64,000 nt of DNA from Escherichia coli (GCF_001677475.2 NZ_CP015229.1), one strand, 5' to 3'. Positions 1 through 11,234 are shown, numbered from the stretch's first letter. The notes: generated by a model from the sequence alone, not told the origin. A program made the numbers and translations.

Positions 1-513
1 CGATTCCCCTTTCAGCTTCGCTGCCGCGCTGTAGGTTAATGTGTTTACATGATAGCGGCTTTCGAGTTTACCGGACGGTCCGCCAATAATTGGTACGCAG
101 ATTAACTGCCGCGATTGCCCCGCCTGCGGTAAGTTTTCAACCAGTGCGCTCACCGCGCGACCCCAGGAAAAACCGACAATATCGCCAGGCTCCAGCAAGC
201 GATCCAGCAGTTGCGCGCCGTGTAACCCCATCATCGCCAGTTGAGTCTCTTCATCCTCATCATTTCCCGACACCACCACAACGTCTTTCAGGCCAAACTT
301 TTGCTTCAGTTGCTGCTCCAGCCAGAGATTTTCGTTGTAGTCATAGTTGATGGCGATGGTGACAATTCCCTGATCGCGGCCTCGTTTAAGCAAGCGGCTG
401 ATGGTGGTGCGGTAAATACCCAGTTCGCGCGCAATTTGCGCCTGCGTCATATCCTGTTCGTAATAGAGTTGGGCAATCTTCACAATCAAACGGATATCGT
501 CACTGTTTTCCAT
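1..513 (-). CDS. sorC: SorC-family transcriptional regulator, N-terminal part (gene runs off the left edge)
   Basis: Reverse-strand translation from ATG at 513 gives MENSDDIRLIVKIAQLYYEQDMTQAQIARELGIYRTTISRLLKRGRDQGIVTI..., a SorC/DeoR-type HTH; AGGAGG RBS upstream. Absent from the ORF track because there is no stop in the window. The sorC name is inferred from map position. Confidence 0.6.
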   Translation of the reverse strand, partial: MENSDDIRLIVKIAQLYYEQDMTQAQIARELGIYRTTISRLLKRGRDQGIVTIAINYDYNENLWLEQQLKQKFGLKDVVVVSGNDEDEETQLAMMGLHGAQLLDRLLEPGDIVGFSWGRAVSALVENLPQAGQSRQLICVPIIGGPSGKLESRYHVNTLTYSAAAKLKGES

Positions 514-860
514 TGCCGCCTCCTGGTTCTGCACATTTGTGCAAATACGCTTTCTCACCGCTTGATCTGATATAACCCCATCATGATGGCCTTTCAAAGC
601 GATTTTTCACTCTTTGCATGGGGAGAAATAGCGCTTTCTCTTGCACATTTGTTTCTCTGCGTAGTAGTCATCAGCACAGGTGTGCAGCGATTCGTAATAT
701 GTTGATTATCTTTATTTTGCCAGGCAAATTTGCATCGTACTTCCGGAGACACTTTTGTGATAAAAGGCGTGGCAGATCACATTTAATTTCGACGTTGCCG
801 CATAACCCTGTTTTTCCCCGCTAAGAGGTACGGTATATTCCGCGTTTTACAGGAGAATTT

Positions 861-1733
861 ATGCTGCCCGACTCATCAGTCCGTTTAAATAAATACATCA
901 GCGAAAGCGGAATTTGCTCACGCCGCGAAGCGGATCGCTATATCGAGCAAGGCAATGTGTTCCTTAATGGCAAGCGAGCCACCATTGGCGATCAGGTGAA
1001 ACCCGGCGACGTTGTGAAAGTAAACGGTCAGTTGATTGAGCCTCGGGAAGCCGAAGATTTGGTACTTATCGCCCTGAACAAGCCCGTCGGTATTGTCAGC
1101 ACCACCGAAGATGGCGAGCGCGATAACATTGTCGATTTCGTTAACCACAGCAAACGCGTGTTCCCGATTGGCCGCCTGGATAAAGACTCCCAGGGGCTGA
1201 TTTTCCTCACCAATCACGGCGATCTGGTGAATAAGATCCTCCGTGCGGGTAACGATCATGAGAAAGAGTATCTGGTGACGGTCGATAAACCGATTACCGA
1301 TGAATTTATTCGTGGTATGGGGGCGGGGGTGCCAATCCTCGGGACAGTGACTAAAAAGTGTAAAGTCAAAAAAGAAGCGCCGTTTGTCTTCCGCATTACC
1401 CTGGTGCAGGGGCTGAACCGTCAGATCCGTCGCATGTGCGAACACTTTGGTTACGAAGTGAAAAAGCTGGAACGTACGCGCATTATGAACGTCAGTTTAA
1501 GCGGCATTCCACTGGGTGAGTGGCGCGATTTAACTGACGATGAGTTAATCGACCTGTTTAAACTCATCGAAAATTCCTCTTCCGAGGCAAAACCTAAAGC
1601 GAAGGCCAAGCCGAAAACGGTAGGCATCAAACGTCCAGTCGTTAAGATGGAAAAAACGGCGGAAAAAGGCGGTCGCCCGGCAACCAACGGTAAGCGTTTT
1701 ACCTCGCCGGGGCGTAAAAAGAAGGGGCGCTGA
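861..1733 (+). CDS. rluF: 23S rRNA pseudouridine synthase RluF
   Basis: 290-aa ORF with N-terminal S4 domain and RluA/RsuA-type core ([10 protein letters not shown]); basic C-terminal tail; RBS aggag. Confidence 0.9.
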   Translation: MLPDSSVRLNKYISESGICSRREADRYIEQGNVFLNGKRATIGDQVKPGDVVKVNGQLIEPREAEDLVLIALNKPVGIVSTTEDGERDNIVDFVNHSKRVFPIGRLDKDSQGLIFLTNHGDLVNKILRAGNDHEKEYLVTVDKPITDEFIRGMGAGVPILGTVTKKCKVKKEAPFVFRITLVQGLNRQIRRMCEHFGYEVKKLERTRIMNVSLSGIPLGEWRDLTDDELIDLFKLIENSSSEAKPKAKAKPKTVGIKRPVVKMEKTAEKGGRPATNGKRFTSPGRKKKGR

Positions 1734-1779
1734 TTAACGCCTCAGACTGATGAAAACGTCCAAAAAGTGCTCGGACAGT

Positions 1780-1817
1780 CCCCTCGCCCCTTCGGGGAGA
1801 GGGTTAGGGTGAGGGGA
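1780..1817. repeat. GC-rich imperfect palindromic intergenic repeat
   Basis: cccctcgccccttcggggagagggttagggtgagggg between convergent rluF and yjbD; resembles small E. coli intergenic repeat families; may act as a terminator. Confidence 0.4.
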
Positions 1818-1865
1818 AGATTGTGTCCACACAGACGAGTGAAAATCTCAGGCGTTGATTGTTCA

Positions 1866-2138
1866 TTAGCGCCTGCCGCGCGTCGACGTATTTGCTGACC
1901 AGCTAAATGACGCTTCAGGATCCGGTTTATAAGCCTGCTTTTTCTTCAATTGGCGGGCTTTTTTCGCTTCAGCCTCACGCTCGACCATTAATTTATCGAT
2001 GTACTCTTTCTTAATGCTGTTGGTTTCGGAGTTGGTCAGTACGCGACCATGCGCAATCCGCGCCCGATCCAGCAGTGTTTTAAGTTCACGCTGCTCGCGT
2101 TCAGTCATCTCTTTTTGGGTAATACGCGGGAGTGCCAT
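1866..2138 (-). CDS. yjbD: DUF3811-family small protein YjbD
   Basis: 90-aa ORF in the conserved position between rluF and lysC; charged, lysine-rich. Confidence 0.75.
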   Translation of the reverse strand: MALPRITQKEMTEREQRELKTLLDRARIAHGRVLTNSETNSIKKEYIDKLMVEREAEAKKARQLKKKQAYKPDPEASFSWSANTSTRGRR

Positions 2139-2390
2139 GATGTTGCCCTCAGTGAGCCAGAGAGTTCAGTGTACGGGAATTCGTTTGCGAGCAGAACTGA
2201 TAATATTCATTTTGCCTTCTCTTAACTATTTATCTCTTTCGATAATTAATTAGAGATGCAGATAAAAAAATTAAAGGCAATTATTCTCCGATAAAGACGC
2301 TGGTTAACAGAGTACAGGCTCGTTTATTGATGAGCATAGTGACAAGAAAATCAATACGGCCCGAAATATAGCTTCCAGGCCATACAGTAT

Positions 2391-3740
2391 TTACTCAAAC
2401 AAATTAAAATGCAGCTTCTGCACCACCTGCTCGGCATCTTCGCCGGGCACCAGGAAGCACAGGTTATGGCTGGATGCGCCGTAACAAATCATGCGAATGT
2501 TGAACGGTTCCAGTACGCCGAATACCTCTTTGCCAACGCCGCAGGCTTTTGACAGGTCATTGCCAATCAACGCGACCAGTGCCAGACCTTCTTCCACCTC
2601 CACCCGGCACAGTGCGGAAAGCTCCATCAGCAGAGATTGCGTCAGCAACGTATCGCCAGTGGAGGTTGAACCGGTGGTATCAAGGGTTAATGCCACGCTC
2701 ACTTCTGACGTGGTGATTAAGTCTACCGAAATATTATGCCGCGCGAGGATGCCGAAAACTTCTGCGAGGAAGCCGCGAGAATGCAGCATATTCAGGCTGT
2801 GCAAAGTGAGCAGAGTCTGATTGCGACGAAGCGCCAGCGCGCGGAACAGCGGCGGATTTTCAGTTTTATTGCACACCAGCGTACCACCTGCGCGTGGGTC
2901 TTTGCTGGAGCCGACAAAGACCGGGATATCGCTGCGTACTGCGGGTAGCAACGTTGCCGGATGCAGTACTTTTGCACCAAAAGTTGCCATCTCTGCCGCT
3001 TCGGCAAACGCGATTTCATCAATGCGTTTTGCTGCGGAAACTACGCGTGGATCGGTGGTGTAGATGCCCGGGACGTCGGTCCAGATATCAACACGAGATG
3101 CGTGTAAAGCCTCCGCCAGCAAGGCTGCCGTATAATCGCTGCCGCCACGGCCAAGCGTCGTTGTACGACCTTTATTTTCGCTACCGATAAATCCCTGGGT
3201 GATCACTAAGCCTTCATTGAGGCGTGGGAGCAGCTGCAGAGCGGCCAGTTCCGCCAGCGCGGCTACATCTGGCTCTGCACGACCAAATCGGTCGTTGGTA
3301 CGCATCACTTTACGTACATCAAACCACTGTGCCTGAACATCGCGTTCGCGCAGGATCTCAACAAACAGCAGGGTCGACATCAGCTCGCCGTGGCTGACCA
3401 GTTCATCTGTCAGCGCCGGAGACGTTGCCAGCGCCGCTGCTTCTGCCAGAACAGTAATGTTCTCCAGCAGACGTTCAATCTCTTCACGGATAACGTTCGG
3501 GTAACGCAGACGTTCCAGAATGGCAAACTGGATGTTGCGGATAGCGTCGAGTTTTTCGAATCGCTCGCCAGGTTCCAGCCCTTCCGCTAAAGCGACCAGC
3601 AGATTAGTGATACCAGCAGAAGCCGAGAGGACTACTAAACGCACGTTGGCATCAGAAAGCACAATATCAGCGCTGCGGTTCATGGCGTCAAAATCAGCTA
3701 CGCTGGTACCGCCAAATTTGGAGACAACAATTTCAGACAT
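2391..3740 (-). CDS. lysC: Lysine-sensitive aspartokinase III
   Basis: 449-aa ORF starting MSEIVVSKFGGTSVADFDAM with C-terminal ACT regulatory domains. Confidence 0.95.
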   Translation of the reverse strand: MSEIVVSKFGGTSVADFDAMNRSADIVLSDANVRLVVLSASAGITNLLVALAEGLEPGERFEKLDAIRNIQFAILERLRYPNVIREEIERLLENITVLAEAAALATSPALTDELVSHGELMSTLLFVEILRERDVQAQWFDVRKVMRTNDRFGRAEPDVAALAELAALQLLPRLNEGLVITQGFIGSENKGRTTTLGRGGSDYTAALLAEALHASRVDIWTDVPGIYTTDPRVVSAAKRIDEIAFAEAAEMATFGAKVLHPATLLPAVRSDIPVFVGSSKDPRAGGTLVCNKTENPPLFRALALRRNQTLLTLHSLNMLHSRGFLAEVFGILARHNISVDLITTSEVSVALTLDTTGSTSTGDTLLTQSLLMELSALCRVEVEEGLALVALIGNDLSKACGVGKEVFGVLEPFNIRMICYGASSHNLCFLVPGEDAEQVVQKLHFNLFE

Positions 3741-4025
3741 AACTACCTCGTGTCAGGGGATCCATTTTCAGCCTTGGCACAAGGGAAGAGCGGAAGACGG
3801 GTGGGCGCAGAGCGATACTTCGCTACTATTTTCACCCAGAAGTGCTCCACCACTTGCGAAACGCCCGACTGCGAACGCTTCTGGTGACAACCCAGGGGAT
3901 TCAGCCCCTGTAGCCGATGATGAACGTGGCCAGCCGTTCAATCACCTCGGCGATGCACCCCCTCAGGTGTTATCACAGGACTGGCTCCTCCAACACCGTT
4001 ACTTGGGCAACGCGCCTCTTCTGGC
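3741..4025 (-). ncRNA. lysC 5' leader containing the lysine riboswitch (LYS element)
   Basis: Minus-strand leader reads ...GAGGCGCGUUGCCCAAGUAACGGUGUUGGAGGAGCCAGUCCUGUGAUAACACCUGAGGGGGUGCAUCGCCGAGGUGAUUGAACGG..., matching the recalled lysC lysine-riboswitch aptamer; boundaries approximate. Confidence 0.75.
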
Positions 4026-4264
4026 CTGCGCTAGCGCAGGTAGTACATTTATAAATAAAGGGTGAGCGGGGCGGTTGTCAACGATGGGGTCATGCGGATT
4101 TTTCATCCACTCCTGGCGGTCAGTAGTTCAGCTAATAAATGCTTCACTGCGCTAAGGGTTTACACTCAACATTACGCTAACGGCACTAAAACCATCACAT
4201 TTTTCTGTGACTGGCGCTACAATCTTCCAAAGTCACAATTCTCAAAATCAGAAGAGTATTGCTA

Positions 4265-5914
4265 ATGAAAAACATCAATCCAACGCAGACCGCTGCCTGG
4301 CAGGCACTACAGAAACACTTCGATGAAATGAAAGACGTTACGATCGCCGATCTTTTTGCTAAAGACGGCGATCGTTTTTCTAAGTTCTCCGCAACATTCG
4401 ACGATCAGATGCTGGTGGATTACTCCAAAAACCGCATCACTGAAGAGACGCTGGCGAAATTACAGGATCTGGCGAAAGAGTGCGATCTGGCGGGCGCGAT
4501 TAAGTCGATGTTCTCTGGCGAGAAGATCAACCGCACTGAAAACCGCGCCGTGCTGCACGTAGCGCTGCGTAATCGTAGCAATACCCCGATTCTGGTTGAT
4601 GGCAAAGACGTAATGCCAGAAGTCAACGCGGTGCTGGAGAAGATGAAAACCTTCTCGGAAGCGATTATTTCCGGTGAGTGGAAAGGTTATACCGGCAAAG
4701 CAATCACTGACGTAGTGAACATCGGGATCGGCGGTTCTGACCTCGGCCCATACATGGTGACCGAAGCACTGCGTCCGTACAAAAATCACCTGAACATGCA
4801 CTTTGTTTCTAACGTCGATGGCACCCACATCGCGGAAGTGCTGAAAAAAGTAAACCCGGAAACCACGCTGTTCCTGGTAGCATCTAAAACCTTCACCACT
4901 CAGGAAACCATGACCAACGCCCATAGTGCGCGTGACTGGTTCCTGAAAGCGGCAGGTGATGAAAAACACGTTGCGAAACATTTTGCGGCGCTCTCCACCA
5001 ATGCCAAAGCCGTTGGCGAGTTTGGTATTGATACTGCCAACATGTTCGAGTTCTGGGACTGGGTCGGCGGCCGTTACTCTTTGTGGTCAGCGATTGGCCT
5101 GTCGATTGTTCTCTCCATCGGCTTTGATAACTTCGTTGAACTGCTTTCTGGCGCACACGCGATGGACAAGCATTTCTCCACCACGCCTGCCGAGAAAAAC
5201 CTGCCTGTCCTGCTGGCGCTGATTGGCATCTGGTACAACAATTTCTTTGGCGCGGAAACTGAAGCGATTCTGCCGTATGACCAGTATATGCACCGTTTCG
5301 CGGCGTACTTCCAGCAGGGCAATATGGAGTCTAATGGTAAGTATGTTGACCGTAACGGTAACGTCGTGGATTACCAGACTGGTCCGATTATCTGGGGTGA
5401 ACCAGGTACTAACGGTCAGCACGCGTTCTACCAGCTGATCCACCAGGGAACTAAAATGGTACCGTGCGATTTCATCGCCCCGGCTATCACCCATAACCCG
5501 CTCTCTGATCACCACCAGAAACTGCTGTCTAACTTCTTTGCTCAGACCGAAGCGCTGGCGTTTGGTAAATCCCGCGAAGTGGTTGAGCAGGAATATCGCG
5601 ATCAGGGTAAAGATCCGGCAACGCTTGACTATGTAGTGCCGTTTAAAGTGTTCGAAGGTAACCGCCCGACCAACTCCATCCTGCTGCGCGAAATCACCCC
5701 GTTCAGCCTGGGGGCGTTGATTGCGCTGTATGAGCACAAAATCTTTACTCAGGGCGTGATCCTGAACATCTTCACCTTCGACCAGTGGGGCGTTGAGCTG
5801 GGTAAACAGCTGGCGAACCGTATTCTGCCGGAACTGAAAGATGACAAAGAAATCAGCAGCCACGATAGCTCGACCAATGGTCTGATTAACCGCTATAAAG
5901 CGTGGCGCGGTTAA
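4265..5914 (+). CDS. pgi: Glucose-6-phosphate isomerase
   Basis: 549 aa starting [24 protein letters not shown]; the ORF track's start at 4259 is a TTG two codons upstream. Confidence 0.95.
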
Positions 5915-5933
5915 TTTAAAAACCTTAATAACA

Positions 5934-5961
5934 ATGCCGACGTTATGTCGGCATTTTTTTA
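5934..5961 (+). terminator. Rho-independent terminator of pgi
   Basis: Hairpin atgccgacgttatgtcggcat followed by a T7 run. Confidence 0.8.
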
Positions 5962-6108
5962 TCAGATAAATCCCCTTGTCTGTGATTTAACGGAAATCAT
6001 ACCGTGAGGTTAATCCTAAAATAGATTTTTAATCGTTGTTTATTTCGGAAAATACGCAGATTAATTACTTTTGTTTTTATTTTAAGTTTATGATTTTTAT
6101 TGTTATTT

Positions 6109-6132
6109 AAATATAAGTTGAAACTTATATTT
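6109..6132. promoter_or_regulatory. Perfect dyad in the AT-rich yjbE upstream region (candidate operator)
   Basis: aaatataagtt-ga-aacttatattt, 11-bp perfect inverted arms, about 140 bp upstream of yjbE. Confidence 0.35.
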
Positions 6133-6268
6133 GATATTCATTCCAATTATCCTAAAACGCCATCGCTAATTCCCCGCGCCGTAATTCGCATGCTTTAGTT
6201 GTGTATACTCGATCCCGCCCGAAATGTTTTTGGGTAAATCTCCATTCATTCAATGAAGGGAAATTGTT

Positions 6269-6511
6269 ATGAAAAAAGTTCTGTATGGCATTTTTGCCAT
6301 ATCTGCGCTTGCGGCGACTTCTGCGTGGGCTGCACCTGTACAGGTGGGCGAAGCGGCAGGGTCGGCAGCAACGTCGGTTTCGGCGGGTAGTTCCTCCGCG
6401 ACCAGCGTCAGCACCGTAAGCTCGGCGGTGGGTGTCGCGCTCGCGGCAACCGGTGGCGGTGATGGTTCTAATACCGGGACCACAACAACCACAACCACCA
6501 GTACCCAGTAA
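6269..6511 (+). CDS. yjbE: Secreted Ser/Thr/Ala/Gly-rich low-complexity protein YjbE
   Basis: 80 aa with signal peptide (ALAATSAWA) and a Thr7 run; first gene of the yjbEFGH cluster. Confidence 0.75.
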
Positions 6512-6697
6512 TAAAGTATGTATCCCCAAAATAATTCGAGTTGCAGGAAGGCGACAAGCGAGTGAGTCCCCGGGAGCATAGATAACTATGTGACCGGGGT
6601 GAACGAGTGCGGTCACCGCATCTGCAGCTTGAAGTATGAAGGGGATTAACCATAACCACACTCCGGTGTGGTTATTCTGCCCCTCTGGAGAAGAGTC

Positions 6698-7333
6698 GTG
6701 AAGCGACCTGCACTCATTCTTATCTGTCTGCTATTACAGGCCTGTTCAGCCACGACTAAAGAGCTGGGCAATTCACTGTGGGACAGTCTGTTCGGCACGC
6801 CAGGCGTACAGCTGACGGATGATGATATTCAAAATATGCCCTACGCCAGCCAGTACATGCAGCTTAATGGCGGGCCGCAATTGTTTGTGGTGCTGGCCTT
6901 CGCTGAAGACGGACAACAAAAATGGGTCACTCAGGATCAGGCCACTCTCGTCACACAACATGGTCGTCTGGTGAAGACTTTGCTTGGTGGCGACAACCTG
7001 ATTGAAGTGAATAACCTTGCCACTGACCCGCTGATTAAACCCGCACAAATTGTTGATGGTGCAACATGGACGCGCACGATGGGCTGGACCGAGTACCAGC
7101 AGGTACGCTACGCCACCGCACGCTCAGTCTTCAAATGGGATGGCACCGATACCGTCAAAGTCGGCAGCGATGAAACCCCGGTTCGCGTGCTGGACGAAGA
7201 AGTCTCCACCGACCAGGCGCGCTGGCATAACCGCTATTGGATCGACAGCGAAGGGCAAATTCGCCAGTCGGAACAGTATCTCGGCGCGGATTATTTCCCG
7301 GTGAAAACCACTCTCATCAAGGCGGCAAAATAA
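6698..7333 (+). CDS. yjbF: Lipoprotein YjbF
   Basis: GTG start gives MKRPALILICLLLQAC with lipobox LQAC; RBS ggagaagag. The track ORF starts 10 codons upstream at 6668. Confidence 0.8.
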   Translation: MKRPALILICLLLQACSATTKELGNSLWDSLFGTPGVQLTDDDIQNMPYASQYMQLNGGPQLFVVLAFAEDGQQKWVTQDQATLVTQHGRLVKTLLGGDNLIEVNNLATDPLIKPAQIVDGATWTRTMGWTEYQQVRYATARSVFKWDGTDTVKVGSDETPVRVLDEEVSTDQARWHNRYWIDSEGQIRQSEQYLGADYFPVKTTLIKAAK

Positions 7334-8070
7334 TGATTAAACAAACTATTGTCGCGTTGCTTTTGAGTGTGGGAGCGTCATCGGTCTTCGCGGCAGGAAC
7401 CGTCAAGGTGTTCAGCAATGGCAGCAGTGAGGCCAAAACGCTAACGGGCGCAGAGCATTTAATCGATCTGGTAGGCCAACCGCGGCTGGCAAACAGCTGG
7501 TGGCCTGGTGCGGTGATTAGCGAAGAGCTGGCAACGGCGGCAGCATTGCGTCAGCAGCAGGCGTTGCTGACACGGCTGGCAGAACAGGGCGCAGATTCCA
7601 GCGCCGACGATGCCGCTGCGATTAACGCCTTACGCCAGCAAATTCAGGCGTTGAAAGTGACGGGCAGGCAAAAAATCAATTTTGATCCCGATATCGTCCG
7701 CGTTGCCGAACGCGGTAACCCGCCGTTGCAGGGCAACTACACGCTGTGGGTCGGACCACCGCCGTCCACGGTCACGCTGTTCGGGCTTATCAGCCGTCCT
7801 GGCAAGCAGTCATTCACTCCAGGTCGCGACGTGGCGAGCTATCTCTCTGACCAGAGCCTGCTCAGCGGTGCGGATCGCAGCTACGCATGGGTGGTTTACC
7901 CGGACGGACGCACGCAAAAAGCGCCGGTGGCTTACTGGAACAAGCGTCACGTAGAGCCGATGCCCGGCAGCATTATTTATGTTGGCCTCGCGGACTCCGT
8001 CTGGAGTGAGACGCCTGATGCCCTTAACGCCGACATTCTTCAGACTCTGACGCAGCGGATACCTCAATAA
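7333..8070 (+). CDS. yjbG: Periplasmic protein YjbG
   Basis: [20 protein letters not shown] signal peptide; ATG overlaps the yjbF stop (taATGa), indicating translational coupling. Confidence 0.8.
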   Translation: MIKQTIVALLLSVGASSVFAAGTVKVFSNGSSEAKTLTGAEHLIDLVGQPRLANSWWPGAVISEELATAAALRQQQALLTRLAEQGADSSADDAAAINALRQQIQALKVTGRQKINFDPDIVRVAERGNPPLQGNYTLWVGPPPSTVTLFGLISRPGKQSFTPGRDVASYLSDQSLLSGADRSYAWVVYPDGRTQKAPVAYWNKRHVEPMPGSIIYVGLADSVWSETPDALNADILQTLTQRIPQ

Positions 8071-10166
8071 TGAAAAAAAGACATCTGCTTAGCTTACTGG
8101 CGCTGGGCATTAGCACAGCTTGCTACGGCGAAACATATCCTGCGCCCATTGGTCCGTCGCAGTCGGATTTCGGTGGCGTAGGATTATTACAAACGCCCAC
8201 CGCGCGCATGGCGCGGGAAGGGGAGTTAAGCCTGAACTATCGAGATAACGATCAGTACCGTTATTACTCAGCTTCAGTGCAACTCTTCCCGTGGCTGGAA
8301 ACAACGCTGCGTTACACCGACGTGCGCACCCGGCAGTACAGCAGCGTCGAAGCGTTCTCTGGCGATCAAACGTATAAAGATAAAGCCTTCGATCTCAAAC
8401 TGCGTTTGTGGGAAGAGAGTTATTGGCTGCCGCAAGTGGCGGTTGGTGCGCGGGATATCGGCGGTACGGGGCTGTTTGATGCGGAATATCTTGTTGCCAG
8501 CAAAGCCTGGGGGCCGTTCGATTTTACACTCGGCCTGGGCTGGGGATATCTGGGCACCAGCGGTAACGTGAAAAATCCGCTCTGTTCAGCCAGTGATAAA
8601 TATTGCTATCGCGATAACAGCTACAAACAGGCGGGATCTATCGACGGTAGCCAGATGTTCCACGGTCCTGCCTCACTGTTTGGCGGCGTGGAATACCAGA
8701 CATCCTGGCAGCCGCTGCGCCTGAAACTGGAGTATGAAGGCAATAATTATCAGCAGGATTTTGCCGGGAAGCTGGAGCAAAAAAGTAAGTTTAACGTCGG
8801 GGCGATTTATCGCGTTACCGATTGGGCCGACGTTAACCTTAGCTATGAACGTGGCAACACCTTTATGTTTGGCGTCACGCTGCGCACCAACTTTAACGAT
8901 CTGCGCCCTTCTTACAACGATAACGCCCGCCCGCAATATCAACCGCAGCCGCAGGATGCCATTTTGCAGCATTCGGTGGTGGCGAATCAGTTAACGCTGT
9001 TGAAATACAATGCCGGACTTGCCGATCCGCAGATCCAGGCGAAAGGCGATACGCTGTATGTTACCGGCGAGCAGGTGAAATATCGTGATTCGCGTGAAGG
9101 GATCATCCGTGCTAATCGGATCGTGATGAACGATCTGCCGGATGGGATCAAAACGATCCGCATTACGGAAAACCGCCTTAACATGCCGCAGGTGACGACG
9201 GAAACCGATGTCGCCAGCCTGAAAAATCATCTCGCCGGAGAGCCGTTGGGCCACGAAACGACGCTGGCGCAAAAACGCGTCGAGCCAGTGGTTCCGAAGT
9301 CCACCGAGCAGGGCTGGTATATCGACAAATCACGCTATGATTTCCATATCGATCCGGTGCTGAACCAGTCGGTCGGTGGCCCGGAAAACTTTTACATGTA
9401 TCAGCTGGGCGTGATGGGAACGGCAGATTTGTGGCTGACGGACCATCTGCTGACCACCGGCAGCCTGTTTGCAAATCTTGCCAACAACTACGACAAGTTT
9501 AACTACACCAATCCGCCGCAGGACTCGCACTTACCGCGCGTTCGTACCCATGTGCGCGAGTATGTGCAGAACGATGTCTATGTGAATAACCTGCAAGCCA
9601 ACTACTTCCAGCATCTGGGCAACGGCTTCTACGGTCAGGTCTATGGAGGTTATCTCGAAACCATGTTTGGCGGTGCGGGGGCAGAAGTGTTGTATCGTCC
9701 GCTGGACAGCAACTGGGCGTTTGGTCTGGATGCCAACTACGTTAAACAGCGCGACTGGCGTAGTGCAAAAGATATGATGAAATTCACCGACTACAGCGTG
9801 AAAACCGGACATCTGACCGCCTACTGGACGCCATCTTTCGCTCAGGATGTGTTAGTGAAAGCCAGCGTCGGGCAGTATCTGGCAGGGGATAAAGGCGGCA
9901 CGCTGGAGATCGCTAAACGCTTTGACAGCGGCGTGGTGGTTGGCGGCTATGCCACGATCACCAACGTTTCGAAAGAGGAGTACGGCGAAGGGGACTTCAC
10001 CAAAGGCGTGTATGTCTCTGTACCGTTGGATCTCTTCTCGTCTGGCCCGACACGCAGCCGTGCGGCGATTGGCTGGACGCCGCTGACGCATGACGGTGGT
10101 CAGCAACTTGGGCGTAAGTTCCAGTTGTATGATATGACCAGCGACCGTAGCGTCAATTTCCGCTAA
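8070..10166 (+). CDS. yjbH: Outer-membrane beta-barrel-like protein YjbH
   Basis: 698 aa; ATG overlaps the yjbG stop; signal peptide with lipobox-like STAC; C-terminal F (NFR) typical of outer-membrane proteins. Confidence 0.8.
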   Translation: MKKRHLLSLLALGISTACYGETYPAPIGPSQSDFGGVGLLQTPTARMAREGELSLNYRDNDQYRYYSASVQLFPWLETTLRYTDVRTRQYSSVEAFSGDQTYKDKAFDLKLRLWEESYWLPQVAVGARDIGGTGLFDAEYLVASKAWGPFDFTLGLGWGYLGTSGNVKNPLCSASDKYCYRDNSYKQAGSIDGSQMFHGPASLFGGVEYQTSWQPLRLKLEYEGNNYQQDFAGKLEQKSKFNVGAIYRVTDWADVNLSYERGNTFMFGVTLRTNFNDLRPSYNDNARPQYQPQPQDAILQHSVVANQLTLLKYNAGLADPQIQAKGDTLYVTGEQVKYRDSREGIIRANRIVMNDLPDGIKTIRITENRLNMPQVTTETDVASLKNHLAGEPLGHETTLAQKRVEPVVPKSTEQGWYIDKSRYDFHIDPVLNQSVGGPENFYMYQLGVMGTADLWLTDHLLTTGSLFANLANNYDKFNYTNPPQDSHLPRVRTHVREYVQNDVYVNNLQANYFQHLGNGFYGQVYGGYLETMFGGAGAEVLYRPLDSNWAFGLDANYVKQRDWRSAKDMMKFTDYSVKTGHLTAYWTPSFAQDVLVKASVGQYLAGDKGGTLEIAKRFDSGVVVGGYATITNVSKEEYGEGDFTKGVYVSVPLDLFSSGPTRSRAAIGWTPLTHDGGQQLGRKFQLYDMTSDRSVNFR

Positions 10167-10212
10167 GTCATGGGAAAGGTGCCAGTTTTCGCAATCACTG
10201 GCACCCTCATTC

Positions 10213-10461
10213 TTAATGGCCTGTTGAGCCATCAGGAACGCAGTTCACCCCCGGTTTGCGATCTGGTGTGTAAAGGCGAAAACATTCTGTCTTCCTGTCC
10301 GTCGATATCGGTTGCAGGTCTGGTTGCCTGAGCGACTGGGCCATCATTGGGCTGGAGACATTGCTTTGCGGTAGGTCGGCTTTATCAGCAGTACCGAACG
10401 GACCAGCATAAGCAGGAAGAACAGAGACTGATAACATCAAAGCAGCAAAATAAGGCTTCAT
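10213..10461 (-). CDS. yjbT: Small secreted protein YjbT
   Basis: MKPYFAALMLSVSVLPAYAG signal peptide preceded by aggtgg RBS; an alternative start 10 codons upstream (10491) has a poor RBS. Confidence 0.6.
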   Translation of the reverse strand: MKPYFAALMLSVSVLPAYAGPFGTADKADLPQSNVSSPMMAQSLRQPDLQPISTDRKTECFRLYTPDRKPGVNCVPDGSTGH

Positions 10462-10589
10462 TTTTACCACCTTTATCAGGTTACGTTTCATTTGTTCCAG
10501 AGGAACATTGTCGATTTTTCGCGCATTGCTGGTGGCTGGGAATCACCTGAATGGGTGATTTTTGCAGTACAGGCTATGGTGCGGTTTGT

Positions 10590-10665
10590 CTTGCCGGATG
10601 CGCCGCCAGGCGCGGCTTATCCGGCCTACGGGTAGGACGGATAAGGCGTTCACGCCGCATCCGGC
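10590..10665. repeat. REP/BIME cluster
   Basis: gccggatgcgccgccaggcgcggcttatccggcctac and gtaggacggataaggcgttcacgccgcatccggc. Confidence 0.85.
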
Positions 10666-10780
10666 GCTGGCGGGAGGCACCATCTAACACCAGGTTGAAC
10701 AAAACATACACAAAAAATATAGATCTCCGTCACATTTTTGCGTTATACAGGAAGCTCGCCACTGTGAAGGAGGTACTGCT

Positions 10781-11191
10781 ATGACGTCACTCTCTCGTCC
10801 GCGCGTGGAGTTTATCTCCACCATTTTGCAGACCGTACTCAATCTTGGCCTGTTGTGCCTCGGCCTGATTTTGGTTGTCTTCCTCGGCAAAGAAACGGTG
10901 CATCTGGCTGATGTGCTGTTCGCGCCAGAACAAACCAGCAAATATGAGCTGGTAGAAGGACTGGTGGTTTACTTTCTCTATTTCGAATTTATCGCGCTGA
11001 TTGTGAAGTACTTTCAGTCCGGTTTTCACTTCCCGCTACGTTACTTTGTCTATATTGGGATCACCGCCATTGTGCGCTTGATCATCGTCGATCATAAATC
11101 GCCACTGGATGTGTTGATCTACTCGGCTGCGATCCTGTTACTGGTAATCACCCTGTGGCTGTGTAATTCGAAACGGCTGAAGCGGGAGTAA
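10781..11191 (+). CDS. psiE: Phosphate-starvation-inducible inner membrane protein PsiE
   Basis: 136-aa multi-TM protein; strong RBS gaaggagg. Confidence 0.85.
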
Positions 11192-11234
11192 AAAGACAGC
11201 ACGCCGAACTGGCGCGGCGTGCTGGACAGGAAGA

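Noticed and set aside
918-1445. 175-aa minus-strand ORF inside rluF
   Set aside because: Antisense shadow ORF fully within a well-supported gene; no RBS and composition mirrors the sense strand.
5087-5863. 258-aa minus-strand ORF inside pgi
   Set aside because: Antisense overlap with the conserved pgi coding frame; typical long shadow ORF in GC-balanced DNA.
6250-6579. 109-aa minus-strand ORF overlapping yjbE
   Set aside because: Antisense image of the repetitive yjbE sequence (poly-Val run opposite the poly-Thr run); yjbE has a signal peptide and sits at the head of the operon.
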